Shown here in pieces: positions 48,189-60,654 of a stretch of 64,000 bases of DNA. Source of the DNA: the human T2T-CHM13v2.0 reference genome, Homo sapiens. The stretch is taken from assembly GCF_009914755.1 (NCBI RefSeq), contig NC_060940.1; one strand, given 5' to 3'. The notes beneath the pieces are model-generated. The model worked only from the letters and a program-made list of their open reading frames with translations. It had not been told where the DNA came from and searched no databases. A program made the translations under genes and the position numbers. Position 1 is the first letter of the stretch; each line of letters opens with the position of its first letter.

Positions 48189-48544
48189 TGTCTTACTCCA
48201 TTTATGTGGCTATAAAGGAGAACCCGAGACTGGGCAATTTATAAAGAAAAGAGGTTTATTTGGCTCCAGATTTTGTAGACTTTACAAGAAGCATGGCATC
48301 AGCATGTGCTTCTGGTGAGGGCCTCAGAAAGCTCCCACTTATGGTGGAAAGAGAAAGGCATCACATGGTGAGAGGACAGAAGAATGAGACAGAAGAAGGA
48401 GGTGCTAGGCTCTTTTAAACAATCAGCCCACACGAGAACCAATAAGTGAGAACTCACCCATTACTGGAAATACAGTGTCAAACCATTCATGACTCAAACA
48501 TCTCCCGCAAGGTCCCACCTCCAACACTGGGGATCAAATTTCAA
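48189..48544 (-). mobile_element. MST-type MaLR LTR, one end missing
   Basis: tgtcttactccattt..aagaaaagaggtttatttggctc..ccacctccaacactggggatcaaatttcaa. Confidence 0.88.
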
Positions 48545-48699
48545 TAAAGTATAGAATCTAACGCAGATCTTGAGAAAGATAGATCCTCAAAATTGACTGG
48601 TTCTATCTATGCAAGATATTTATGATGTCCCCTTTGTGTTACTGTATTATTATTCATGTGGCTTTCTCTCTATATACATACATACATATATATATATAT

Positions 48700-49056
<357 letters not shown>

Positions 49057-49197
49057 TAATTATCTGTCTTATTTGTTTTGTTTCTTTTAACAATAATGTC
49101 AAAGACAGGGGTGATACCTTGTCCTTGTGTCATGGTCTATTAATAGAATGGTATTGAACACTTAATACCTATGAGTTGAGTAAATAAAACAATTCCT

Positions 49198-49500
49198 GTC
49201 TAGGCATGGTGGCTCACGTCTGTAATCCCAGCACTTTGGGAGGCTTAGGTTGGCAGATCACTTGAGATCAGGAGATCAAGACCAGCCTGGTCAACATGCT
49301 GAAACCCCGTCTCTACTAAAAATACAAAAAATTAGCTAGGCATCGTGGCGTGTGCCTGTCATCCCAGCTACTCAGGAGGCTGAAGCATGAGAATCATTTG
49401 AACCAGGGAGACAGAGGTTGCAGTAAGCCGAGATCACACCACAGCACTCCAGCTTGGGCAACAGAGTGAGACTCTGTCTCCGAAAAAAAAAAAAAAAAAA
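49198..49500 (+). mobile_element. AluS
   Basis: Dimeric Alu with A tail. Confidence 0.95.
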
Positions 49501-49559
49501 TTATCTAACACACATATTTTCTCTGTAAGACCCATCTTAGCTTGCATGTATGCATACTA

Positions 49560-49858
49560 GACAGTGTTTTAGCACTATTCTTGGGGGACATTTTAAACAG
49601 GTAAATTGCCAAAAAAAAAAAGCACAAAATTTGAAAACTGTGGCACTAAATGGACCATGAAAAAAAACACTTGTTTACACTCTGATAGTGGAAACAATAA
49701 GGCAGAGCATCTCCTTGTTCAATCTCAGCTGTGAATATGTACATCAGGCAACACAATTTTTTTTATCACTCTATGCATGTCTATGAGTGACCACAAAAGT
49801 GTCCCTAATGAGTAGTGAGTAGACGAATAGAATTTCTAAATAATAAGCATGATCTATA
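49560..49858. mobile_element. MER6-like TcMar-Tigger fragment
   Basis: aaaaagcacaaaa..gtggcactaaat..acacttgtttaca..aaggcagagc..ctcagctg. Confidence 0.65.
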
Positions 49859-50015
49859 GCTTATCTGAGGTCACAGGGTATTAAATCATGCTATTTAGGA
49901 TTTGATTCTGAAATTCAGTGGCCTGCATTAAACATGCACAAAATGTATAATAAAATAAAAAAATCTAGCAAAGATATACTCACCATATTATTTTTATTTC
50001 CCTAAAGATCATGCT

Positions 50016-50016
<1 letters not shown>

Positions 50017-50057
<41 letters not shown>
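50017..50057. repeat. (GT)20 microsatellite
   Basis: Perfect dinucleotide run. Confidence 0.97.
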
Positions 50058-50058
<1 letters not shown>

Positions 50059-50204
50059 ATGTGTTGACATATTACACTTCAACAATGAGATATGTGACCA
50101 ATTTTTTTTATTCTGTAAATTAGAAAAAAAAAATTGGAGAATTTTATTCTGGTCTCCTTTGGATATATTTTGTTTACTTTATTTACATAGTTATGATTCT
50201 ATGT

Positions 50205-50935
50205 TAGTGTATGTGCAAGTGCTAAGCCTCACTTCTGCCCTCTGAATGTCTGCTGAAGTCTATTAACAATAGACAAATTAGCAGAAAAGCCATACACACT
50301 TATTAACGTGCACATAGACACAGGAGTCTTGGAACAATGATACTAAAAAAAAAAAGAAAGAAAGAAAAACCCACTCAAGATAGTTTAGGCTTAAATGCAC
50401 TATTTATGAGGGAAAGAAAAAATGAGGGACATAGGCAATTTTGAGGAATAGTATATGATTTTCAGAGAAATTGAATGAGGTCAAAGACCAGACAATAATT
50501 TTTAAATGATTCTCTGTGGAGGCTGAATGGAACAAGCAGTGGGATGGTGAGGGGCAGAACTGTACTGCAAACAAAGGCTGTCTTATTATGCAGATAAAGT
50601 CTCTTACGATAATCTCTCATAGCTGCACTCGAGAATAAATCAAAAGTCTGTCTGGGAATGGTCACAACTTTTCATCTTTCCTCAGGTGCTAAATCTTTCC
50701 GGTTTATTTGATGAGATTCCTAGGCAGGAGCTCTTGTATTTCTTTTGGAAAGAAGTTCCCTCAATCAGTCAAGGAAATTCCAAAGAGAACTGGGGGTAGT
50801 GAGACAAGAGAAAATCAGAGAGTATTTAGTTTCGAGGCAGCTTCTAAAGTCTTTCCTTTTTTTTTTTTTTTTCATTCAAAGTGTTTAACATGCCAACAAA
50901 CCATACTGTGGGGTATTATTTACTGAGCCTCAACA
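50205..50935 (-). mobile_element. MER67/MER31-group ERV1 solo LTR
   Basis: Ends ggggtattatttactgagcctcaaCA; gaggcagcttctaa motif. Confidence 0.7.
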
Positions 50936-51210
50936 TCATGATCTAATTTTATACTCTACGTAGAGAATAAAATTATAAGAAATTACTCAGAAATTCATTG
51001 CAAGTCAAATTAAGAAAATAACATGATGTGTACTATTTGAACTTTTTTTAGGATGTATATATAGGAAGTATCTAGGAAGATATAGATGGTGGTATAAATA
51101 AGGACAAATCATTGTTATATATCTGTATTTATATCAAGATAGATAGATAGATAGGTAGATCTTTACATACACTTAAAATATATGCCTGAAAAATGATTGT
51201 AAGGTAGTAC

Positions 51211-51639
51211 CAATATGGTTTGGATGTTTTTCTCCTCCAAATCTTATGTTGAAATATGATTCCCAATGTTGAAGGTGGAGCCGGGTGGGAGGTGATTGGA
51301 TCATGGAGCGAATCCCTCGTGGATGGTTTGGTATCATCCCCTTGGTGATAAATGAGTTCTTGTCCACTTAGTTCACATGAGGTCTGGTTGTTTAAAAGTC
51401 TGTGACATCCCCCTACTCTTTCTCTCTGTCTCTCTCTCTGGCTATGTGATGTGCTGGCTCCCTGTCACCTTCTTCTATGAATAAGAGTTCCCTGAAACCT
51501 TCACCATAAAAGCTAATCAAACACTAACATCATGCTTCCCGTACAGCCTGAATAACTGTGAGTGAATTAAATCTCTTTTCCTTATTAATTCCCCAGTCTC
51601 AGGTATTTCTTTATAGCAATGTAAGATTAGCCTAACGCA
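51211..51639 (+). mobile_element. MSTB-type MaLR solo LTR
   Basis: atatggtttggatg..cccagtctcaggtatttctttatagcaatg. Confidence 0.9.
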
Positions 51640-52199
51640 GGTACAAATTATGTATTTGTTTATTGAGATGTTACCCACAATATATCCTGAAAATTCTATG
51701 TCAATAAAACATTTATATCTACACTCTCATTTTGATGTCCATATTCTCTTCTACTTTATAAAGGTATTTAATTACTTTTGTCCATTTCCTTTTTTTTTTG
51801 ACTTTCGATGTGTTTCCTATTACTCCTTTTAGAATTAATATCTTTATTAATACATGTTGAAACATTTAAAGCTTCTTTTCCCCTAGTGGATATGCTGGAT
51901 CTAAACACATATATAATTTAGGATTTTGATGCGTATTGCTGTATTGCTTTATGTAAACATCTTAACCAATTTTATGCTTATTATAAATGTATAAAAATAT
52001 ATTTTCCAGGGCATAAACCAGATTTTATGGTAAACTAAATCAAATTATCATTTAAAATTTTGAGTTTATTTGACGACTAATGAGGTTGAATAACTTTTAT
52101 TTCTTCTTTTAATTTTTTTTTTATGAAATCCCCTTTTATGTTTTGACATATGGAGTGCTTGTTTTTATTCCTAATTTGTCAGCCTTTTTTTTGTTCTTA

Positions 52200-52565
52200 A
52201 ACGGTATTGTCAGGTTAGTTGGGGTATAATTACCACAGTAAAAGTCACTCTTTTTGGCTTACTGTTCTATGAGTTTCGACAAACTCTTTCAGTGGTGTAA
52301 AAATCATCCCAATAAAAATAGAGAATACTTCCATCATTTCAAATAATCCTCCGTGCTCCTTTTTAAATCAACCCCTCCTTTCATGTTTAGCCCATGCAAA
52401 CATAAAATTTTTTGTTGTCCATACAGATTAGTCCTTACAAGAAAGTCATATAAATGAAATCATACAATAAAGTTTGTCTTTTAGTCTGCCTTCTTTCACT
52501 TAGCAAAATGCATTTGAAAATCATCAATGTTATTGTGTGCATCAATAATTTTTTTCTTACTGACT
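52200..52565 (-). mobile_element. Old L1 3' end (L1MC/ME)
   Basis: ttctatgagtttcgacaaa..catataaatgaaatcatacaa..ttctttcacttagca. Confidence 0.7.
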
Positions 52566-53910
52566 GCCAGATTGATCATTGAGTAGATTTCATTGCAATA
52601 TGAATTTTAATATATATTATATAAATATAATATATGTAATGTATGTAATATTTAATATATGTTACATAGATGCTATTCAAAAGATTGATTCTACTTTAGG
52701 CTTGTACTAGCAAAATGTAAGAATTCTTGTTTAACATCATAGAAAATATGACTAGTTGAACAGGATGCTATATAATTTGGGTCAGAAAATACTAAAAATG
52801 TGACATACCTAGTTTGTGTCACCACTTTTCTTGTTGTAATTGTACATTTTTCTTTAAAAATAAGTATTTTATGCTGGAAACCCAATTCATTTGTCTTGTT
52901 AGCTATTAAATTCCATTGTTTCCACATGAGCAACTAGTAGATTAGGTCCATGAGCTGTAGCTCTTATTTTCTTTATAATATATTTATTTAGTTATATACT
53001 GCATTATTAAACTCTCTCCATTGAATTGCTGATTATTTAGATTATTTGGAAATAGAAAGTGAGAGATTCCAAATTTGTCTAAACTTACAGATACTGATAA
53101 AATTTGAGAAACAGTTAAACTGAGAAGTGAATCATATACATGATATATCCTATCATATATATGACATATATGAGAGAGAATATTAGTTGAGCATAAATTA
53201 CAAAGAAGCAATAAGAAATATGTTTTTATGGAGCCCAAGCTTAGTGGCAGGATAAGAATGAAGATGTGAGGTGGAATCTCTAGTTACATGAGGAAGAAGC
53301 ATAAGAGACAAAGGGAAGTAAGAGGCAGTTCACCAAGGCAGGGAAATCTTTGATCATATGTTTAAAACAGACAATAATCACACGAAATGGCTCTGTCTCT
53401 GGGAGGGGAAGATCTTACATTTTAATAGATAAATATTTAAGTAGCCTGTATAGACCTCTACTTGAGCCTATTTCTCTTCTACTAGATTGGAAAGCTTTCA
53501 AAGACAAGAAACACATCTTTTTAAAATACATTTTTTGCTAACATCTATATTGGTAAAGGGGATTTACAGCAAATGAGCACATGATATATTTCCTCCACAT
53601 CGTGAGTTGGGGGATGTTGGTTGCAGTTGACTTTTTCTATCTGGTTGCTTAGGAACACTTCTTTCTAATTTCACCATTCTTCTCACTATTTTCTTCTCAC
53701 CCCACCCTAAGAGATTTCTTTATTTATTTAACAACTATTGAGTGTCACGTACTATTTTAGACGCTAAATTGACTTCAAAGGTGAAATTTCACTGAATCTG
53801 CATGTTCCAAACTTTCATTAGTTATATTCTACTGCATTCGTGACATAATTTTTGAAATATTAGAGGAGAGTTCATCCTTATTTAGTGCTTTACAAATACT
53901 TATTATTTAC

Positions 53911-53968
53911 TTAATAATTTTTAGCTAAAATGTTTATTTAATAATTTTTAGCTAAAATGTTTATTTAA
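53911..53968. repeat. 27-bp perfect tandem duplication
   Basis: ttaataatttttagctaaaatgtttat x2. Confidence 0.92.
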
Positions 53969-53999
53969 GTGTTTTTAAATGAAATTTTATACTACTACC

Positions 54000-54417
54000 T
54001 GTTATGGAATGAATTGTGTCCCCCTCAAAAAATTAATACGTAATCTTCCTGTTGTACATAAACATGATGATTGTGTTTCAACACTCATATGTGAGACATG
54101 CCTCTCACTAACGTTATTACAATGTTGGCACATTACCTGTCTGACATTTTCTATATACATATCAGATGTTGAAATCCTAACACCCATTTCCTCAGAATAT
54201 GACTGTCTGGAGATAGGGTCTTCATTGAAATAATCAAGTTAAAATGAAGACATTAAGGTGGCCCCTAATCCAATATGACTGGTGTACTTATAAGAGAAAA
54301 CTTAGATGCAGGCACATACAGAGGGTGCCTCTAAATGTATTTAAAGAAAATACATTTCTATTGTTTAAACCATCCAGTCTGTGATATTTTGTTCTGACAG
54401 CATTAGACACTAATACT
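54000..54417 (+). mobile_element. MLT1B/C-type LTR, internally deleted, interrupted by a U13 copy
   Basis: tgttatggaatgaattgtgtcccc..tgttgaaatcctaac..cactaatact; TSD CTACC/CTACC. Confidence 0.85.
54043..54146 (+). pseudogene. SNORD13: U13 snoRNA (SNORD13) retropseudogene, full length
   Basis: Collinear with recalled U13 (ATCCTTTTGTAGTTCATGAGCGTGATGATTGGG..GGCACATTACCCGTCTGACC); C box ATGATGA 54064-70, D box CTGA 54141-44; symbol refers to the parent gene. Confidence 0.9.
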
Positions 54418-56359
54418 CTACCATAATTGCAAAATCATTTCTACTTGCAATATAAAAATAATTATTAAAAATAAATGAAACTCTACTAAAAATTTAAATA
54501 ATACCTTAAAGGGCCTTAAAAAATATATTCTTGTACCTCAGACGTTTACAATATGGACTGAGTTTTGGAATATCACCTAGGAAGGTAAGTGTTTACACAC
54601 AGTTGGAGACAGGCATCAAGGCCACGATGCCTTTTCTAAAGCAGCTGCTTCTTCCTTTGACATTGTATTCATTCAACTCAGTATATTTGGAACTGTGTCA
54701 GGGTCTGCAGTCATTGTATGAGGGACCAAAACACCAGGGCCTAGGCAGCATTTAAAACTGGCACAGTGAAACTCTCTCCAAGGACCCTCCCTGCAGCCCC
54801 TGGGGCTACTTGCATCCAAGAAGCATTGAACTGAAGCAGGTATACAGTTCCTGCCCACGCCCCTCACTCCTGGCTGCCTCCAGCTTGGGCCCCTGCCTGG
54901 ACACTCCCAAGTGAGATGTTGAGAAACTAGGCCCCTAGATCCAATTTGGGAAATTGGCTTGAGGCAATAACTGGAAAAGAAATAAAAGACTGGATGGTGA
55001 AAAATGATATGTAGAGAAACAAGGACAGCAGGTGGTAGCCTGGGAGACATCAAGAGGGAAAAACACTGAATAGAGGACAGAAGATGAATAGAAAGGAAGA
55101 TCTTGAAAAATGAGATTTGAATGAGAAAAGCTAGAGGAAAATAGAAACACAGTCTCTACCCTTTAAAATGTTGATTCTTTTCCCACCACCTCCCTTTCTC
55201 ATGCTGATCTGTCTTGGCCTCTGCATCATTCAAAGTCCATTGATGCCCTTTATCTTACCCTTTGCTAACCAGACTTGCCAGGTCCTTATTTCTTTGTCTC
55301 AGTCACCCTGCCTCACTCTTCTCCCTATTGTTATCTAGTAGATGAGGAGTGCACTCTGATGGCTCTATTTCAAATGCCATGAGGAATAACTATTATTTCT
55401 GATACTCTCAAATAATATCTAAATATTTTTAAAGCACTGATTGACTAAAGTCGATGTAGGATTTTCACAACTATGTAAAAATGTGCATCATTTAGAATGA
55501 ATATGGTAAAGTTGGCTTTATTTATTAAAATGTACCACAGTCTAATACCCAACTACTCTACGGATGGCTGTTGTTTCCATCCAATTATATTTCACCATCA
55601 TGAAATACATTCCGTCAGCCTATCTCAGTCATATCAATGAAAGAATTTCACCATTTTAAGAAAATACAATGATTTTTTTTAATAAAACAAGGCTTTCTGA
55701 CATTGCCACCTTGATTACAAAATGATACACCACTTCTTAAAATGAGCAAGGTCCAGAAACAGAGAAGCTATTAGAAATGTATTCTCAGGATGATTTAATT
55801 ATCCAACATCTTCCAACTAAAGCACACTAAGGAGTTATTTGCATATAAATTCTGTTGACAGTGTATTATTATCCTTACTATAGAACTGTGCATGAGAAAG
55901 GATACTTCCAATTACTAGCAGAAACATAAACAACACTATTTTTTAAGTGTATTTATTTAAATGTTGGTAAGATAAATATTTCTACAAATCCACAGTAGAC
56001 TCACTGTAACTCTGGATATGCATTTATAAGCACATGGTGGCATACATTAGAAGTGTAGCCACTTCTTTTTCTTTTAGTTAATTTATTTTCTGAAGAAATT
56101 GTTGCCATTTTCACCTTTATAGTCAGTAATTAACAGACATCAATTCTGAATCAGCCACTAAGGCATTCTCAGGTTTCATACACACAATGAATCTGTGAGT
56201 TGGTATTAGCTGATCACTTGTGAACATGAAGAATGAGGCATAGAGAGATTATGGAGTTGGCAATAATGGTAAAAGAAATATCCAAGATTCAAAGCCTTGT
56301 CTGCTGGCCCCTAATCCATGCTTTTTCAGAAACACAAAAGAGTCTCTGTCTCTGTCTCT

Positions 56360-56722
56360 CTGTCTCTCTCTCTTTTACATATTCACAATGTTGTGCAATC
56401 ATCACCACTTTCTAATTCCAGAATATTTCCATCAGTCCAAAAAGGAGCCACAATACCTATTAGCAGTCAGTCTCAATTCCTCCCTCTTCCCATACACTGA
56501 CCACCACTCACCCACTTTCAGTCTCTATGGATTTGCTTATTTGGGATATTTAATATAAATGGAATCTTACAATATATTTCTGGATTCTTTCATTTAGCAT
56601 AAGGTTTTCAAGGTTCATCCTTCTTATAGCATACAGCAGTGTTTCATTTCTTTTTATGGCTGCATAACATCCCACTGCGTGGATGTACCACATTTTGCTG
56701 ATGGACATTTAGGTTGTTTTCT
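56360..56722 (-). mobile_element. L1MB/ME 3' end fragment
   Basis: atattcacaatgttgtgcaatcatcacc..taattccagaatatttccatca..gatggacatttaggttgttt. Confidence 0.85.
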
Positions 56723-56756
56723 CTAAATCACTTTTAATAACATAATCAGATCAAGG

Positions 56757-57273
56757 TGTCACAAAAACAGTGAAGGTTCTGAGATTTTTACCTTACTAAC
56801 CCACTAACAATTTAACATACCACAGTTTAATGGATGCCAGCAGAAGACATGAGACCCCTGGATCAGAGACACAGGGCTTTATTACTAATGGCACAGTAAT
56901 TAGCATGAGTATCATTTTTGCATCAGTTCTCCTTCTCCTACAAGTTTCATGGAGGCAACCCTGAGAGGTCCAGTTGAAGCTGTGCATAGAGTGGATTTTC
57001 ATCACAGAGAAAAAGCCTCAAGATTGGTGAATACAATTTTTTAAACATATAATAAACTGTAAGGAAGCCTTCCCAAACATTGGTCTGGAAAAAGACATTA
57101 TCTCTTGCACTAGATAGTAAACAAACCTGCTCTGGTGACACTATCAGTATTTTCCAAGGTGTTTTGCTATATAGAATCCTTGAAAAGATACTCTGGAACC
57201 AAAGGTCATTCCACGACTATACTCACAAGATACTGAGAAACACAAGAGACCTGTGGAAAATTGTCTCCCAGTA
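56757..57273 (-). mobile_element. LTR47-like solo LTR
   Basis: gttctgagattttacc..gatgccagcagaagacatgagacccctgg..gagacctgtggaaaattgtctccca. Confidence 0.7.
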
Positions 57274-57409
57274 GAGAGTGCTCTGTTGCTTTTCTAGTTT
57301 AATTAATGAAGTACCCACCAACAAATAGTTTTTGATATTTTATTGGCTATAATTTGCTTTTACTATCAATAAGATATATTTTTTTGTTTGAGTATGATTT
57401 GTTCTTGAG

Positions 57410-57650
57410 GAAACCAGCTAGCATTACAAGATTCTATTGGTCCACTACGGGTCAGGCATTGTACAGCTTGTTATATGCATTATTTTATTTAATTTCTATG
57501 ATGACACATGCAAAAATTTATACTTTTCTCATCTTACAAATGAGGAAACTTCAGCTCTGAGAGATTAAGTGACTTGCATAGATGTTCACAGCTAGTAAAG
57601 GATGGAATCATGATTTAACACACCATGACTAACTGATTCCGAAGAAGTTT
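57410..57650 (-). mobile_element. MIR
   Basis: catcttacaaatgaggaaacttcagctctgagagattaagtgacttgc. Confidence 0.8.
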
Positions 57651-58125
57651 TTATACTAATATTTTATAATCCAAGGCAGATTGTGAATGTGCTGAAACAA
57701 ACATATGAAAGCTAATGTTGTCATAAAAAAAGAGGTAGTTTCTTGTAGATAAATAAAAAATTGTGTATCACTAAGAACACAGAAACTGATCAAAGAAGTG
57801 TGTCTCTAGTTATAAGGATTACAGGTATTTGGTATGGCAGACATGTAGTATGGCTTGAATAATGACACAGAAAATTTACATATGACCAAAATGATGGAGG
57901 ACCTTGAGTAACCTGACATCATGCTCAAAAGAGACTGAAGATAACAACTATTCCTTGGGAAGATACCACCAGCATCAGGTCTTAAGGTTCTGGCTTTTTG
58001 CTTTGCTCAATATAGAAAAATGGATATAGAGAGTATCCAGGAAGAATAGGGAAGAAACTTCCAGGTGTATTTATGCCGTAGGAAGTACAGATGTCTCATG
58101 TTTCAGTTCTTAAGATATTTGGGTG

Positions 58126-58127
<2 letters not shown>

Positions 58128-58165
<38 letters not shown>
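58128..58165 (+). repeat. Pure poly(A)38
   Basis: Directly visible. Confidence 0.97.
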
Positions 58166-58169
<4 letters not shown>

Positions 58170-58989
58170 TGCCAACAATTTGCTGTAGCTTCTATTTTTG
58201 TTCCTCACCAATTCAGACTTTGGGAAAGTAAAATAAAATCTTTTTATTGTGTGTCTAATACAATCAAAATATAATATATTCAAGCTGAATTTATGCTTAT
58301 AATGTCTATTCAAGTGGCTTTCAAACTGTTTTTGTAATAACAAAATTTTGTAAATAATTTATTATGCTGAATTTCACTATATAAAGCAAATGGTGTGCTC
58401 AAATCTAAAGAGATGGATTAAGAACCAAAATTACTAGGCCATCCCTTTTCCATACATTGACTGCTGGAGCACCTTACAGGGATGCTAAATCTCTGTATAT
58501 CTCAGTGCAAAAGTTGCCTACCTAGCCCAGTATCCTATCTTAGTACTGAGAGAACTGAGGCTCAGGGGAATGAAGCAGCATGCTAGTATGCTAGTGGTAG
58601 AATGAAGAAAATTTCTAGCTGAATATGGTACAGAATTCTTTCGGTGCCACTTTGCCAGCCGGAAAACTTCGTAGCCAGTAGCGCCTCTACCCAGGCTTTG
58701 CTCGAACCCATGGGCTTGCTTCGCCCACTCAGTCCAGCAGGCTGCGCTCAGCTCGCACTACCGGCCCAGCCAGATACGGTGTCCGCCTTGGCTCTGCGCT
58801 CGGCCCACGGTTGGTCCAGGCGTGCTGCGACTGGCTTCTTCCTCGGACATTGGCGTCTGAATGAGGGGGACGCAACAGCACCCAAAAGCTTGGAGACTCC
58901 AGCAACCGTGGAGGCCCAAGAAGCTGTTAGAGCATCTGCTCGGAGAGTCGCGAGGTCTGAGCCACCAGGGAATGCCACCGTTCTCTCTC

Positions 58990-58992
58990 TCT

Positions 58993-59035
<43 letters not shown>

Positions 59036-59311
59036 TTTTTTGAGACAAAGTCTCACTCTGTCGCCCAGGCTGGAGTGCAGTGGCAAAATCTTGGATCACT
59101 GCAACTCCGCCTCCCAGGTTCAAGCAATTCTCCTGCCTCAGACTCCTGAGTAGCTGGGATTACAGGCACCTGCCACCACGCCCCGCTAATTTTTGTATTT
59201 TCAATAGAGACGGGGTTTCGCCATGTTGGCCTCAAACTGCTGACCTCGTGATCCGCCCGCCTCAGCTTCCCAAAGTGCTGGAATTACAGACTTGAGCCAC
59301 AGCGCCCGGCC
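58990..59311 (-). mobile_element. AluS (Sc/Sg-like) nested in LTR
   Basis: (TTTA)n tail; TSD cgttct(c/t)tct. Confidence 0.93.
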
Positions 59312-59514
59312 CGTTCTTTCTTTAATTCCTCCTGCTTGCAGCTCAGCAAACGGGGGCATGTTATAGCTCATTTGCTCCCGCAGCCTGTGGCTTGGCTAAT
59401 GGGGGAGTGTTATAGCTCTGCCGTGGGGAGTCCCAAGGTCTGGGCCTCCAGAAGGGTTGCAGCTCCTCACTCCTGTAGTCCAGCGAACGGGATCATGTCA
59501 CAGCTCTTTTCTTT

Positions 59515-59876
<362 letters not shown>

Positions 59877-60115
59877 TGAGCCTGCGAGGAGCATATTACA
59901 ACTGTTTTATGCTCCCACCGTTTGTCAGGTGCCAGGTTCTCCTCCCGTGACCAAGAAGAATGAGGTAGGTGGACATCAGAGAGTGAGCAATGCAGAGAAG
60001 AATTCTATCGAGCAACAGAAAAGCTCTTAACAATGAGAGAGAACTCAAAGTGGGTAGCCTTCTGTGTGAGAGGGGGCCCAAAAGCGGGTAGCCATCTGTG
60101 TAGCTGAGTCTGGGG

Positions 60116-60182
60116 TTTTTATAGGTTTGGAATGAGAAGGCACAGGCTATAGGTAGCCTTGGAAAAGGCAACATTGGATTGG
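60116..60182 (-). promoter_or_regulatory. LTR promoter motifs: tandem CCAAT boxes and TATA
   Basis: Minus strand CCAATCCAAT (60173-82) upstream of CCTATAAAAA (60116-25). Confidence 0.5.
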
Positions 60183-60654
60183 TTAAAAGCATTATTCAGA
60201 AAAAACCAACTGGGAAAGAGTGGGCCAATAGAAATAGAAGTTCTCACTCCAGTCGTGGATTCTATCTGGAAATGGCTTGGTTTTCAGGCTTTAAGTTGTC
60301 ATTGGTTTGAAGGTCGGGTTTCACCAGGGACCTCTCCTAGTCTGCCTAGGAATTTCTCTGTCTCCTGTCACTATCAAATATATTTAAATTAATGTTTATT
60401 TAAAGAATCTGTCAAAAAAAATAAGGTAATATTGTATTTATGCATGCCTATTTGCATGTTTCTGAATTATGTCCTGTTTGGTTATTTTTGAACATCTTCA
60501 GAGAACTACTTTATTTTTCATTTTCTATTCTTCTGAAAATATTAGAGACACAATAAATGAGTATTAAGTGAATATAGTTTGGAGTAAAAAGGGTCCTTTT
60601 TTATATCCCATCCTTATTACTTTGAACAATTTGCTTAATCTTTCTGAGGCTTAG

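Noticed and set aside
58644-59153. 169-aa ORF in the CpG-rich region
   Set aside because: Antisense LTR running into an Alu tail; GTG start
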